DNA from: Gammaproteobacteria bacterium
GTDB lineage: Bacteria; Pseudomonadota; Gammaproteobacteria; Eutrophobiales; Eutrophobiaceae
Assembly: GCA_965221695.1 (NCBI GenBank)
Contig: OZ244905.1
Location: 896,001-960,000 of the forward strand
Length of the DNA stretch: 64,000 nt
Reading direction: 5' to 3'
Shown here: one piece after another, positions 10,585 to 21,015 of the stretch
Numbering within the stretch: position 1 is the first letter of the stretch
Layout of the letters: each line of letters begins with the position of its first letter
Notes under the pieces: model-generated
Database searches by the model: none
Seen by the model: only the letters and a program-made list of their open reading frames with translations
What the model was told of the DNA's origin: nothing
Program-made: the position numbers and the translations under genes

Positions 10585-11439
10585 ATTAATGTGTCGTTTA
10601 TCCTCATACGCCATGTACCGAACCTGGGTGCGGCGGATGATGCCGACCTCAGAGACCAGCTCAGGCAATGGAGGAATATTGAAATCCCGTTCCAACAGGG
10701 TCGGAAAGACACCGAAATGTTCGTAGGCCGTCTCCAGCAGTTTCCAGACCGGGTCGATCACGTTGGAACCGTGAGTGTCCACCCGCAGATCCTCAGCCTC
10801 GACATAGTGGCCGGCGATATGGGCGTAAGCAATACGTTCCGCCGGCATTGATTTCAGCCAGGTTTCCGCATCATAGCGGTGGTTGATGCTATTGACGTAA
10901 ATATTGTTGATGTCCAGCAGCAGGTCGCAGTCGGCCTCGACCAGTACGTTGTTGACAAATTCCGTTTCGGTCATTTCCGCGCCGGGCGCTGCATAATAGG
11001 ACACGTTTTCAATGGCCATGCGCCGCCCGACAATCTCCTGGGCGCGCCGGATCCTGGCAGCGGTATAGCGCACCGCTTCCTCCGTAAACGGAATCGGCAT
11101 CAGGTCGTACAGGTGGCCGTCATCCCCGCAATAACTCAGGTGCTCGCTGTAACAACGGACATTGAGTGTATCGAGGAACTGTCTTACTTTATGCAGGAAC
11201 GCCTCATCCAGGGGCGCCGGACCGCCGAGATTCAGCGACAGCCCGTGACAAACCAGTGGTGTCCGTTCGGCTATCTCACGAAAGCTGTGCCCGAAGCGGC
11301 CGCCCACGTCAATCCAGTTCTCCGGCGCCACCTCCATGAAATCAATGCGTGAGGGCCAGTCATCCGAGTCTGCGAGCGAGCGGATGAACGCCCGCCGCAG
11401 ACCCAGACCGGCTCCCTGTACGGAGTAAGCGCCAGGCAT
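10576..11439 (-). CDS. DUF692 multinuclear non-heme iron oxidative enzyme (HvfB/BufB-like)
   Basis: [50 protein letters not shown]. Confidence 0.93.
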   Translation of the reverse strand: MPGAYSVQGAGLGLRRAFIRSLADSDDWPSRIDFMEVAPENWIDVGGRFGHSFREIAERTPLVCHGLSLNLGGPAPLDEAFLHKVRQFLDTLNVRCYSEHLSYCGDDGHLYDLMPIPFTEEAVRYTAARIRRAQEIVGRRMAIENVSYYAAPGAEMTETEFVNNVLVEADCDLLLDINNIYVNSINHRYDAETWLKSMPAERIAYAHIAGHYVEAEDLRVDTHGSNVIDPVWKLLETAYEHFGVFPTLLERDFNIPPLPELVSEVGIIRRTQVRYMAYEDKRHINSH

Positions 11440-11525
11440 ATCCTTCGATCCCGTATCAGACCGGGAGTTGACCCGGATATGCCTGGATGATCAAGCTCCG
11501 ACGCCAAGCCGGAGCGCGCTGCATG

Positions 11526-11858
11526 TTATGAGTCGCTGCTTTCACCACATTTGCCTTCGCCGCACTTACCCTCGCCTTCTTCCTTATCTTCACCGCACTT
11601 TCCTTCACCGCATTTACCCTCACCTTCTTCCTTGTCTTCACCGCATTTGCCCTCGCCACACTTACCTTCACCGCATTTGCCTTCGCCACACTTACCTTCT
11701 TCGCCGTGTTCGCCGGCAATCATGTAACCGCCCTGTGACAGTTCAGTCATGTTAAATGGGTTCTCAGCAGCATTGGCAACGGGGCTGAGGGAAAGCGACA
11801 CTGCGAAAGTAGTCCCCAACGCAGCCGCTAATGGTTTTAATGTCATCTCTTTGGACAT
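11526..11858 (-). CDS. Exported EGKCG-repeat RiPP precursor (HvfA/oxazolin-like)
   Basis: SD aggagg, signal peptide ending VANA, 8 EGKCG motifs, upstream of DUF692 and DUF2063. Confidence 0.9.
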   Translation of the reverse strand: MSKEMTLKPLAAALGTTFAVSLSLSPVANAAENPFNMTELSQGGYMIAGEHGEEGKCGEGKCGEGKCGEGKCGEDKEEGEGKCGEGKCGEDKEEGEGKCGEGKCGESSDS

Positions 11859-11940
11859 CAGTAATACCTCCTGTCTTGGTAATTTTGGAATGTCTACGCC
11901 GCCAGTATCTGCTGCCGCGCACTGGCAGTATAGCATTAAG

Positions 11941-11968
11941 ACAGACCTGCTTTATAAGGAAAAGTTCC
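11941..11968 (-). promoter_or_regulatory. Putative sigmaE/AlgU-type ECF promoter
   Basis: Minus strand GGAACTT-N16-TCTGT. Confidence 0.55.
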
Positions 11969-12021
11969 TTTTCTATGCTGAGAAACCGTCACGGCGAACG
12001 CGTACTTTGTGATTTACCGTT

Positions 12022-12107
12022 TCTCCCGGGAGCGCGGGTGCCTCGTTCACGTCAGACTGGCAGGCTGGCGCCCGCATGCGGGCGAGACGCCCGCGCTCCC
12101 GGGGAAA
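12022..12107. repeat. REP-like long GC-rich inverted repeat downstream of lysS
   Basis: cccgggagcgcggg...cccgcgctcccggg arms. Confidence 0.6.
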
Positions 12108-12189
12108 TAAGTGACCGATTTACAGTGCTTAAACGGCAAAGCGGGAACCGGGTTTCAGCGTATGCGGTTGCCCTGACCGTCAGCGATTA

Positions 12190-13674
12190 TCATTTTTTCC
12201 GTAACTGTGGAAACAGGATCACGTCGCGGATGGATGCCGAATCGGTCAGCAGCATTACCAGCCGGTCTATGCCTATGCCCTCGCCGGCCGCGGGCGGCAT
12301 GCCATACTCCAGCGCCATGATGTAATCGGCGTCGTAATGCATGGCTTCTTCATCACCGGCGGCTTTCTCTTCGACCTGCTGATGAAAGCGCGCAGCCTGA
12401 TCTTCGGGGTCGTTCAACTCGGAAAACCCGTTGGCAATCTCGCGACCGCCGATAAACAGTTCAAACCGGTCCGCCAGGTCGGGTTGCAAGTCATTGCGCC
12501 TGGACAAGGGCGACACTTCGATCGGATAACCAGTGATGAACGTAGGCTGCCTGAGTTTTGCCTCCACGGTCTTCTCGAAGATTTCAACCAGCAATTTGCC
12601 GGTGCCGTAACCCTGTTTTACCTCCACGCCCAGACCGGACGCTATACCGCGCAGCCTGTCCAGGTCTTCGAGGTCACCAGCAGACAAATCCGGGTTATGG
12701 GCAAGAACGGCATCGCGCACGCTCATACGCTGAAAATCACGGCTGAAATCGCAGGTCTCCCCCTGGTATTCGAATACGCTGTCTCCTGTTACTTCGCGGG
12801 CCAGGGAACGCAGCAGATCCTCCGTCAACGCCATCAGGTCCTCGTAGCCGGCGTAGGCCCAGTAAAACTCCAGCATCGTGAACTCGGGATTGTGCTGCAG
12901 CGACAGTCCTTCATTGCGGAAATTCCTGTTGATCTCAAACACCTTCTCAAAACCGCCGACCACCAGTCTTTTCAGGTACAACTCCGGCGCGATGCGCAGG
13001 TACAAGTCCATATCCAGGGAATTGTGGTGAGTGATAAATGGCCGGGCCGCAGCGCCGCCGGGAATTGACTGCATCATTGGCGTTTCCACTTCCAGGAAAC
13101 CCTTGTCGCCCAGGTAAGCGCGGATATGGTTGATCACCTTGCTGCGGACCTGGAACGTCTGTCTGGTCGTTTCATTGGCAATCAAATCCAGGTAGCGGCG
13201 ACGATATCGGGTTTCCTGGTCCGACAGGCCATGGAACTTTTCCGGCAGGGGGCGCAAGGACTTGGCCAGCAGCCTGATGAAGTCGGCCTGGATCGACAAC
13301 TCTCCGGTTTTCGTCCTGAATACAGTCCCGGTCACGCCGATGATATCGCCGACATCCCATTTTTTGAATGCGGCATAATCCCCGTCCGGCAGGGCATCGC
13401 GCCGGATAAAAAGCTGGACCTGACCGGACATGTCGCGAATATGGGCAAACGCCACCTTGCCCATGACCCGTCGGCTCATCAGCCTGCCGGCAAGGCTGAA
13501 CGTTGCGGTTTCTGCCTCCAGCTCTTCCCGCTCCTTTTCACCGTAATGGTTGTGCAGCTCAGAAGCCAGGATATTACGCCTGAAATCATTGGGATAGGCA
13601 TTCCCGGCTGCGCGCAATTCCTCCAGTTGCGCGCGCCGCTGCCTGATTACCTCATTGTCGTCTTTTATCTGCAT
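12190..13674 (-). CDS. lysS: Lysine--tRNA ligase (class II)
   Basis: [25 protein letters not shown]. Confidence 0.97.
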   Translation of the reverse strand: MQIKDDNEVIRQRRAQLEELRAAGNAYPNDFRRNILASELHNHYGEKEREELEAETATFSLAGRLMSRRVMGKVAFAHIRDMSGQVQLFIRRDALPDGDYAAFKKWDVGDIIGVTGTVFRTKTGELSIQADFIRLLAKSLRPLPEKFHGLSDQETRYRRRYLDLIANETTRQTFQVRSKVINHIRAYLGDKGFLEVETPMMQSIPGGAAARPFITHHNSLDMDLYLRIAPELYLKRLVVGGFEKVFEINRNFRNEGLSLQHNPEFTMLEFYWAYAGYEDLMALTEDLLRSLAREVTGDSVFEYQGETCDFSRDFQRMSVRDAVLAHNPDLSAGDLEDLDRLRGIASGLGVEVKQGYGTGKLLVEIFEKTVEAKLRQPTFITGYPIEVSPLSRRNDLQPDLADRFELFIGGREIANGFSELNDPEDQAARFHQQVEEKAAGDEEAMHYDADYIMALEYGMPPAAGEGIGIDRLVMLLTDSASIRDVILFPQLRKK

Positions 13675-14776
13675 CTAAGTCACCCCGCCCTTGAGACTGG
13701 CCTCCATGAACCGGTCCAGGTCGCCATCCAGGACAGCCTGGGTATTGCCGGTCTCCACACCGGTGCGCAAGTCCTTGATCCTGGATTGGTCTAGCACATA
13801 GGAGCGGATCTGGTTGCCCCAGCCGATGTCGACCTTGGTTTCCTCAAGGGCTTTCTGCTCCGCCATGCGCTTTTGCAGTTCCAACTCATACAACTTGGCG
13901 CGTAACTGTTTCATGGCCTGGTCCCGGTTCTTGTGTTGCGAGCGGTCATTCTGGCACTGCACGACGATACCCGTGGGGATATGGGTCAACCTTACCGCCG
14001 AATCGGTCTTGTTCACATGCTGCCCCCCGGCGCCGCTTGCTCGGTAGGTATCCACGCGCAGTTCGGAAGTGTCGATATCCACTTCTATATTGTCATCGAT
14101 TTCCGGCGCCACGAACACTGAGGCGAACGAAGTATGGCGCCGGTTACCGGAATCAAACGGCGATTTTCTTACCAGCCTGTGCACCCCGGTCTCCGTACGC
14201 AACCAACCATACGCATAATCTCCCTCATACTTTACCGTGGCGCTCTTGATGCCGGCCACTTCCGCGGGCGACACCTCGATTAACTCGGTGGAAAAACCCC
14301 GTTGCTCGCCCCAGCGCAGGTACATGCGCAGCAGCATTTCCGCCCAATCCTGGGCTTCAGTGCCGCCGGAACCTGACTGGATATCGAGAAACGCATTGTT
14401 CGGGTCCATCTCCCCGGAAAACATGCGGCGGAATTCCATCTCTTTGATCTGCGCGGTGAATTTATCCAGGTCAGCCACGGCCTCGTCCGCGGCATCGGCA
14501 TCGTCTTCCTGCCTCGCAAGTTCCAGCAGTAATTCGACATCGCCGATACCCTGACCCAGGGTCTCTATCGTCTCGATTGTTTTTTCCAGCAGCGCCCGCT
14601 CTTTGCCCAGCGCCTGGGCGCGCGCCGGATCGCTCCAGATATCCGGCTGTTCAAGTTCCTGCCTGACTTCATTCAGGCGTTTTACCTTGACCTCAAAGTC
14701 AAAGATACCTCCTCAGGGCTTCGATTCGTCCCTGGCAGTCTTTGATACGGGCGGTGATTGATGAAAGTTCCAGCAT
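13675..14776 (-). CDS. prfB: Peptide chain release factor 2 with programmed +1 frameshift
   Basis: ATG 14776, 25 codons to AGGAGG-TAT-CTT-TGA-C (slip site 14704-14698), then the +1 frame with SPF and GGQ motifs. Confidence 0.97.
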
Positions 14777-14956
14777 GTCGGTTTCCTTGGTTTGTTTCAG
14801 TATCCGGATTTTGGGAACAGATTCTACGACATCCGGGGACAGAGTAAAATCGCAATTTGCGCAAATATCTGCCAGTCAGATATTGCCGGGTATCCACCAT
14901 TCCCGTAATGGAACCGGAAGTGTGTGAGCAGACCTTCCTAATAAGGAATTTTTTGC

Positions 14957-15170
14957 CTACTGGACTCCCACTTCCGTGGGAGTGGTACGGTGACGGTACT
15001 CACGCAAGCGCCCCCACCCCATTCCCGTGAAAACGGGAATCCAGTGAGAAAATGGGTCGCCCTTTGGGCGACACAGTATTCCACAGGACTCCCGCTTCCG
15101 CGGGAGTGGTACGGTGACGGTGTTCACTGAAACACCCCCTCCCCATTCCCGTGAAAGCGGGAATCCAGTA
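14957..15170. repeat. BIME-like array of dRS3-like palindromes
   Basis: Alternating palindromes at 14960, 15019, 15084 and 15143; 124-bp period; linkers similar to the 10257 locus. Confidence 0.85.
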
Positions 15171-15188
15171 AGCAACTCTTCCTTATAT

Positions 15189-16910
15189 TCAGTTACGGTG
15201 GATATGCTGCACGATGAGTTGTGGCGTTTGTTCACCGTTGTAATCGTTGATAGCCAGGCGATAGACGATGCGCTGGGTCGGCGCAGAGCTATCGATAGCC
15301 TCCGGGTCTGTATTGAACGATATCGCGTCAACAGGGCGCTGTGCGCCGTCTGCAAGCAGCTTCAGTTTCAGGTGCCGTTCGGCAACAGTTTTTACATCGA
15401 CAACCGTGAAATCATCATCAAACAAGGGTTCGGGAAAGCCCTGCCCCCAGGGTCCGCCGGTTTCGATCTCCCCGGCAAGATCGAGGCTGATCTCGGCGGC
15501 CGCCAGCTTACCGTCCGTTAACAGTTCCGCCGCGGGTATGCGCCCGCCGGTAAGACTCCTGAGTTGCGCGTCAAACAGTTGCTTGAACTGCGCATAATCA
15601 TTTTCCATGATGCTGAGGCCGGCGGCCATCGCATGACCGCCGAAGCCTTTCATCAACTGCGGATGTTGCGCGGCCAGCGCCTCCAGGACATCTTTCAGGT
15701 GAATATCGGGTATGGACCGCCCGGAGCCTTTCAACAGTCCTGCGCCGGCGGGCGCGAACACAATCACCGGGCGGTTTACCGTCTCTTTTAACCTGCCTGC
15801 CAGGATGCCGATAATGCCCTGGTGCCAATCCGGGTCATACAGACACAGTCCAAACGGCAACTCAGCCTGGTCCAGTCCGGTGATTGCGCGCAGGTGGGCG
15901 CCGGCTTGTTCCTGCATCTCAGCCTGAACATGCTTTCTCTCGCGGTTGAATTTGTCCAGTTGCAGCGCCAGGTTAACCCCATCGGAAAAATTGTCCGTGA
16001 GCAAGCACTCTATGCCCAGGCTCATGTCGGCCATACGGCCGGCCGCATTCAGCCTTGGCCCCAGCGCAAACCCGAGGTCTGCGGAAGTCATCTTTTCTGG
16101 CTCTCTGCCGGCGATTCGGATCAAGGCCAACACACCCTGGGAACAACGGCGCGCGCGGATGCGTCTCAAACCCTGCCCGACCAGGATACGGTTATTGAAA
16201 TCCATTTCCACCACATCGGCAACGGTGCCCAGCGCCACCAGGTCGAGCAAAGGCGCGAGGTTCGGCGCCTCCGTTCCCTGCTGTTCAAACCAATTCGCAT
16301 TCCTCAGACCGGCCCGGACTGCCAGCAACACGTAAAACATCACGCCGACCCCGGCGATACATTTGCTCGGAAATTGATCACCCGGCTGTTTCGGGTTAAC
16401 GATCACATTGGCCGCAGGAAGTTGTTTGCCCGGCACATGATGATCGGTGATCAATACGTCGACCCCGGCGCTGCGGGCAAAGTCAACGCCGGCAAGACTG
16501 GAAATGCCGTTATCCACAGTTACCAGCAGGTCGGGTTCAAACTCCAGGGCCTGGCGCGCCACATCGACACTCAGACCATAACCCTGTTTTACCCGGTCCG
16601 GGACCATGTACATGGCCTGCCTGGCGCCGAGCATCGACAGGCCGCGCAAGGCCACGGCACAGGCGGTGGCGCCGTCCGCATCGTAGTCTGCGACGATGAG
16701 TATGCGCTTGTTGGCGCATAGCGCATCGATCAGCAATGCGGCAGCCGCATCGATATTTTTCAGCTTGTCAAACGGCAGCAGGTTGGTCAGCGAATAATCC
16801 AGTTCCCGGTACGAGGAAATATTGCGCCCGGCATACACGCGCCGCATCACCGGATGCATGGAATCCGGCAGGTCGCACTCGGAAGGAACTGTGCGGCGGG
16901 TAATATCCAT
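15189..16910 (-). CDS. recJ: ssDNA exonuclease RecJ
   Basis: DYDADG, TDHH, GPRLNAAGR, GGHAMAAG. Confidence 0.96.
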   Translation of the reverse strand: MDITRRTVPSECDLPDSMHPVMRRVYAGRNISSYRELDYSLTNLLPFDKLKNIDAAAALLIDALCANKRILIVADYDADGATACAVALRGLSMLGARQAMYMVPDRVKQGYGLSVDVARQALEFEPDLLVTVDNGISSLAGVDFARSAGVDVLITDHHVPGKQLPAANVIVNPKQPGDQFPSKCIAGVGVMFYVLLAVRAGLRNANWFEQQGTEAPNLAPLLDLVALGTVADVVEMDFNNRILVGQGLRRIRARRCSQGVLALIRIAGREPEKMTSADLGFALGPRLNAAGRMADMSLGIECLLTDNFSDGVNLALQLDKFNRERKHVQAEMQEQAGAHLRAITGLDQAELPFGLCLYDPDWHQGIIGILAGRLKETVNRPVIVFAPAGAGLLKGSGRSIPDIHLKDVLEALAAQHPQLMKGFGGHAMAAGLSIMENDYAQFKQLFDAQLRSLTGGRIPAAELLTDGKLAAAEISLDLAGEIETGGPWGQGFPEPLFDDDFTVVDVKTVAERHLKLKLLADGAQRPVDAISFNTDPEAIDSSAPTQRIVYRLAINDYNGEQTPQLIVQHIHRN

Positions 16911-18026
16911 TCAGCGATCGGCGAGAATGACCCGTTTTACTGCGTCCAGGTCGGCGGGTACCTTTTGCACCGGGGCAACGCTATGGCGCATTGCAGTGTC
17001 CGGGTCTTTCAGACCATGCCCGGTCAGGGTGCATACCACTGTGCTCCGTTCCGGTATGTTACCTTTTTCGATGTCTAGCAGCGCGCCTGCGATCGAGACT
17101 GCGGAAGCCGGCTCACAAAATATGCCTTCCCTGGCAGCCAGCAACGCTTGCGCGGCGAGGATTTCCGCATCGCTGAACTCGTTGAACCAGCCACCGGATT
17201 CTTTGCTCGCAGCCCAGGCCAAGTGCCATGATTGCGGCCTGCCGATGCGTATCGCAGTGGCGATGGTTTCGGGTTCCGTCACCGGTTCGCCCCGCAGAAA
17301 CGGCGCCGCGCCGGACGCCTGGTAACCCAGCATGCGCGGACGCGTGTCCACCACCGGCTCAGCATTGTACGCACATTGGCCGTCACAGAAATTGCAGGAA
17401 CCGGGGGTAATGCCGGCATATTCGCTGTAGCCGGTCCAGTAAGCGGAGATATTCCCGGCATTGCCTACGGGCAGGCAATGAAAATCCGGCGCCTTGCCCA
17501 GCGCATCGACAATCTCGAACGCGGCGGTTTTCTGGCCCTGCAGACGGTATGGATTGACCGAGTTCACCAGGGTGATGGGCGCTTCAGCAGCGATCTGTTT
17601 CACCAACCGCATGCCGTCGTCAAAATTACCCTGCACCTGGATGACCACGGCCCCATGGATCATCGCCTGGGCCAGTTTGCCCATCGCGATCTTGCCGTCC
17701 GGGATCAGGACGTAACAGGCGATGCCGGCCCTGGCCGCGTACGCGGCTGCGGAAGCCGAAGTATTGCCGGTGGACGCGCACAGTACCGCCTGCGAACCCT
17801 GGTTCACGGCTTCGGTAATGGCCATGGTCATGCCCCGGTCCTTGAAAGAACCGGTCGGGTTCAAGCCTTCGTATTTCACGTAAAGTTCGATAGCCCGATC
17901 ATTGGCCGCAGGAATATTTTCCAGCCGAATCAACGGGGTATTGCCCTCGCCCAGGGTGATGATACGGGCATCACCGGCCACCGGCAGCCGCGCACGATAC
18001 CGCTCAATCAATCCCGAATAGCTCAT
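16911..18026 (-). CDS. thrC: Threonine synthase
   Basis: [13 protein letters not shown] lysine, [10 protein letters not shown]; follows hom. Confidence 0.95.
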   Translation of the reverse strand: MSYSGLIERYRARLPVAGDARIITLGEGNTPLIRLENIPAANDRAIELYVKYEGLNPTGSFKDRGMTMAITEAVNQGSQAVLCASTGNTSASAAAYAARAGIACYVLIPDGKIAMGKLAQAMIHGAVVIQVQGNFDDGMRLVKQIAAEAPITLVNSVNPYRLQGQKTAAFEIVDALGKAPDFHCLPVGNAGNISAYWTGYSEYAGITPGSCNFCDGQCAYNAEPVVDTRPRMLGYQASGAAPFLRGEPVTEPETIATAIRIGRPQSWHLAWAASKESGGWFNEFSDAEILAAQALLAAREGIFCEPASAVSIAGALLDIEKGNIPERSTVVCTLTGHGLKDPDTAMRHSVAPVQKVPADLDAVKRVILADR

Positions 18027-18040
18027 TGCAACCAGCCCGG

Positions 18041-19354
18041 CTAGTTCAGGGTCTCCACCCGAATCCGGTGCACCTTGCCATTAATCGTATCCAAAGCCTC
18101 GATTTGGCTGATAGCTTTGTTCATGTTGCGCTCTTGTACCCGCTGGGTCAGCATGATCACGGTAACATGGCCGGCGTCGGGCTCAGGTTCCTTTTGGATT
18201 ATCGCCTCTATGCTGATGCCCAAATCGCCCAGGATCGCGGTCACCGAGGACAATACGCCGGGCTGGTCCAGCGCTCGCATGCGCAGGTAATACGCCGTGT
18301 GGACCTCTTCCATATCCAGCACGGGCAGGTCGGACAGCGCGCCCGGCTGAAACGCCAGGTGCGGCACGCGGTTCTCCGGATCGGTAGTCAGGGCGCGCAC
18401 CACGTCTATCACGTCTGCCACGACAGAGGATGCGGTCGGCAGCGAACCCGCCCCGGCACCGTAATACAGGGTCGGCCCTACGGCATCGCCCTGTACCAGT
18501 ACGGCGTTCATCACCCCGTCCACGTTGGCTATCAATCTCCGCGCGGGGATGAGCGTGGGGTGGACTCTGAGTTCTATGCCCGTATCGGTTCGCCGGGTAA
18601 TGCCAAGATGTTTAATCCGGTAGCCCAGTTCATCGGCGCAGGCAACATCCTGTTGTTCTACCCCGCCGATTCCCTCGGTGTAGGTTTTGTCAAACTGCAA
18701 CGGGATGCCGAACGCAATAGAGCCCATGATGGTCAGTTTGTGCGCGGCATCAATGCCTTCCACGTCAAAGGTCGGATCGGCTTCCGCATAACCCAACTGC
18801 TGGGCTTCCTTCAATACCTCGGCGAAATCTCTGCCCTTATCGCGCATCTCGGTCAGGATATAGTTTCCCGTGCCGTTGATAATGCCCGCAGCCCATTCAA
18901 TACGGTTTGCCACCAGGCCCTCACGGATTGCCTTGATAATGGGAATCCCGCCGGCGACGGCCGCCTCGAATGCAACGATCACGCCTTTTTCCCGGGCCGC
19001 GCGGAAAATTTCATTGCCGTGTACGGCAATCATCGCCTTGTTCGCGGTCACCACATGCTTGCCGTTATCAATGGCGCGCAAAACCATTTCCTTTGCCGGA
19101 GAGTAGCCGCCAATCAGTTCGATGATGATTTCGACTTCCGGATCGTCGACCGCGGCAAATCCGTCGTCGGTGATCCGTCCTACCTGGTCCAGTCCGTCAA
19201 TTGCGCCGGCGTCATATTCCTTTGCCGCAGCATGACTGATTACCACATCCCTGCCTGCGCGCCGGGCAATCTCATGGGCGTTCCGCGTCAGGACCGTAAC
19301 CACGCCTCCGCCTACCGTACCCAGGCCAAGCAATCCTATCTTTATCGGTTTCAT
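18041..19354 (-). CDS. hom: Homoserine dehydrogenase with C-terminal ACT domain
   Basis: [31 protein letters not shown]; start at MKPIKIG. Confidence 0.96.
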   Translation of the reverse strand: MKPIKIGLLGLGTVGGGVVTVLTRNAHEIARRAGRDVVISHAAAKEYDAGAIDGLDQVGRITDDGFAAVDDPEVEIIIELIGGYSPAKEMVLRAIDNGKHVVTANKAMIAVHGNEIFRAAREKGVIVAFEAAVAGGIPIIKAIREGLVANRIEWAAGIINGTGNYILTEMRDKGRDFAEVLKEAQQLGYAEADPTFDVEGIDAAHKLTIMGSIAFGIPLQFDKTYTEGIGGVEQQDVACADELGYRIKHLGITRRTDTGIELRVHPTLIPARRLIANVDGVMNAVLVQGDAVGPTLYYGAGAGSLPTASSVVADVIDVVRALTTDPENRVPHLAFQPGALSDLPVLDMEEVHTAYYLRMRALDQPGVLSSVTAILGDLGISIEAIIQKEPEPDAGHVTVIMLTQRVQERNMNKAISQIEALDTINGKVHRIRVETLN

Positions 19355-19373
19355 TACTTTTCTCGTGTTTTCT

Positions 19374-19784
19374 TTACTGGTATTTTTTAGGCAAAACCAT
19401 GAACTTCTCTGTAACGAAGTCCACATCCAGGGCCAGGGCGGTATCCAGACCCAACCTGCGCATCAGGGTAAAGGATGTGCAGTCAGTAAAACTGTAATCC
19501 TGATCAGTTCGCTGACAAAACAAATCCCACGCCAGACGTTCATCCTCGTTGGTCACGCGCGCCATGTCAACTTCATCAGGATTGAGCAACGCGGAACCAA
19601 CCATACAGGCTACATCGTGACCGAGGCGATACAAACACAGAGACACTGTCTCATCGAAAATATAGTTTGTTGTTACCAAACGACCCGGAAACGTGTGCAT
19701 GATTTCACGCACGCGTTCATGTTCTGGATCTTTACGATTGGCATAGGCAAACCAAGCGCTGGTATCTACAAATAAGCGCTTCAT
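19374..19784 (-). CDS. PIN-domain (VapC-type) toxin
   Basis: LFVDTSAW...SFTDCTSF...ALDVDF. Confidence 0.88.
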   Translation of the reverse strand: MKRLFVDTSAWFAYANRKDPEHERVREIMHTFPGRLVTTNYIFDETVSLCLYRLGHDVACMVGSALLNPDEVDMARVTNEDERLAWDLFCQRTDQDYSFTDCTSFTLMRRLGLDTALALDVDFVTEKFMVLPKKYQ

Positions 19785-20020
19785 TGCGCCTGGCGCTTCC
19801 CGGCATGCAGATATTTGTCATGTTGCTCGCCATATGCGGCTGCATCTTCACCAATACCGGCAATGGCGTCAAGACCAGCGCGCATGGCAGGGCTGGGAGT
19901 GGCCAATGATGCATCCAAAAGCTCGCGCACCAGCGCGGATAGACTACGTCCCTCACGCTCGGCGCGTCCCCGCAATGCCTCATATTGCCAATCTTCAAGA
20001 AGTAGCTGCGTACGATGCAT
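19781..20020 (-). CDS. RHH/CopG-type antitoxin
   Basis: MHRTQLLL...REGRSLSALVRELL...HDKYL; overlaps the toxin start by 4 bp. Confidence 0.82.
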   Translation of the reverse strand: MHRTQLLLEDWQYEALRGRAEREGRSLSALVRELLDASLATPSPAMRAGLDAIAGIGEDAAAYGEQHDKYLHAGKRQAQ

Positions 20021-20123
20021 ATTTACACATTACATCATACATCGTTATTTTGCAACATCGCAAAAACTTCCAATCAATTTTTCATCAATGTGCATCAGTA
20101 CGAGTTTCACGTATACTTTATTG

Positions 20124-20936
20124 ATGCTTAAAGCAGCTACAATCCAGATGGTTTCCGGCGATAACCTGGAGGCCAACCTGGCGCAGGCCGCCGAACTGGT
20201 CCGGGAGGCCGCGGGCCAGGGCGCACAGTTTGCGCTGCTGCCGGAATATTTCCCCATTATGAGCGATGATGAGGCGGCGAAAATCCGTATCGGGGAGACG
20301 CCCGGCAATGGCCCTATACAGGATTTCCTTGCCGAGCAGGCCCGGAGCAACCGGCTCTGGCTGATGGCGGGCACGTTTTCACTGCAAAGCGATGACGCTG
20401 CGCGCGTGTACAACACCTGTTTGCTGTATAGTCCGGATGGCGCCGGCGCTTATCGCTACGACAAGATGCACTTGTTCGATGTGCAAGTGGGGGACGAGGA
20501 CAAGGAGGTTTACAATGAATCCAACACCATTGTTCCAGGCCGTAATTCAGTGGTCGCGGATACGCCGTTAGGCAGGATCGGAATGAGCGTCTGCTATGAC
20601 CTGCGTTTTCCCGAACTGTATCGCGAACTTTCCGCGCAACAAGCGGAAATGATCACCGTCCCCGCCGCGTTCACGTACGCAACGGGGAAGCGCCACTGGG
20701 AACTGTTTTTACGCGCCCGCGCCGTGGAAAACCTGTGCTATGTCATCGCCTCCAACCAGGGCGGACAGAACACGGAGACCCGGCGCACCTGGGGGCACAG
20801 CATGATTATCGACCCATGGGGCGACATATTATGCAGCCTGGAGGAAGGGCCGGGCGTTGCCTGCGCCAATATCGACCTGCGCAGGCTGCATGAACTGAGA
20901 CAGTCGTTCCCGGCGCTGGAGCACCGCGTATTATGA
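20124..20936 (+). CDS. Carbon-nitrogen hydrolase (Nit1/deaminated glutathione amidase-like)
   Basis: LPEYF, YDKMHLFD, CYDLRFPE; usual position upstream of tldD. Confidence 0.9.
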   Translation: MLKAATIQMVSGDNLEANLAQAAELVREAAGQGAQFALLPEYFPIMSDDEAAKIRIGETPGNGPIQDFLAEQARSNRLWLMAGTFSLQSDDAARVYNTCLLYSPDGAGAYRYDKMHLFDVQVGDEDKEVYNESNTIVPGRNSVVADTPLGRIGMSVCYDLRFPELYRELSAQQAEMITVPAAFTYATGKRHWELFLRARAVENLCYVIASNQGGQNTETRRTWGHSMIIDPWGDILCSLEEGPGVACANIDLRRLHELRQSFPALEHRVL

Positions 20937-21015
20937 GACAACAACAGCCCGGATACAGCGCCAGTGGAAGCGTAGCCTGTAACGGCACAAAAGTGAAAAT
21001 GAGCCCTATAACTCT

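Noticed and set aside
11456-11755. Alternative-frame repetitive ORFs over the EGKCG gene (KVSVAKANA and HRICLRH repeats)
   Set aside because: They are by-products of the 15-bp coding repeats; only the EGKCG frame has an SD, signal peptide and matching maturases.
10257-15170. Possible CRISPR arrays at the ATTCCC/GGGAAT repeats
   Set aside because: Repeats alternate in orientation, the intervening sequences are conserved between loci rather than unique, and no cas genes are present.
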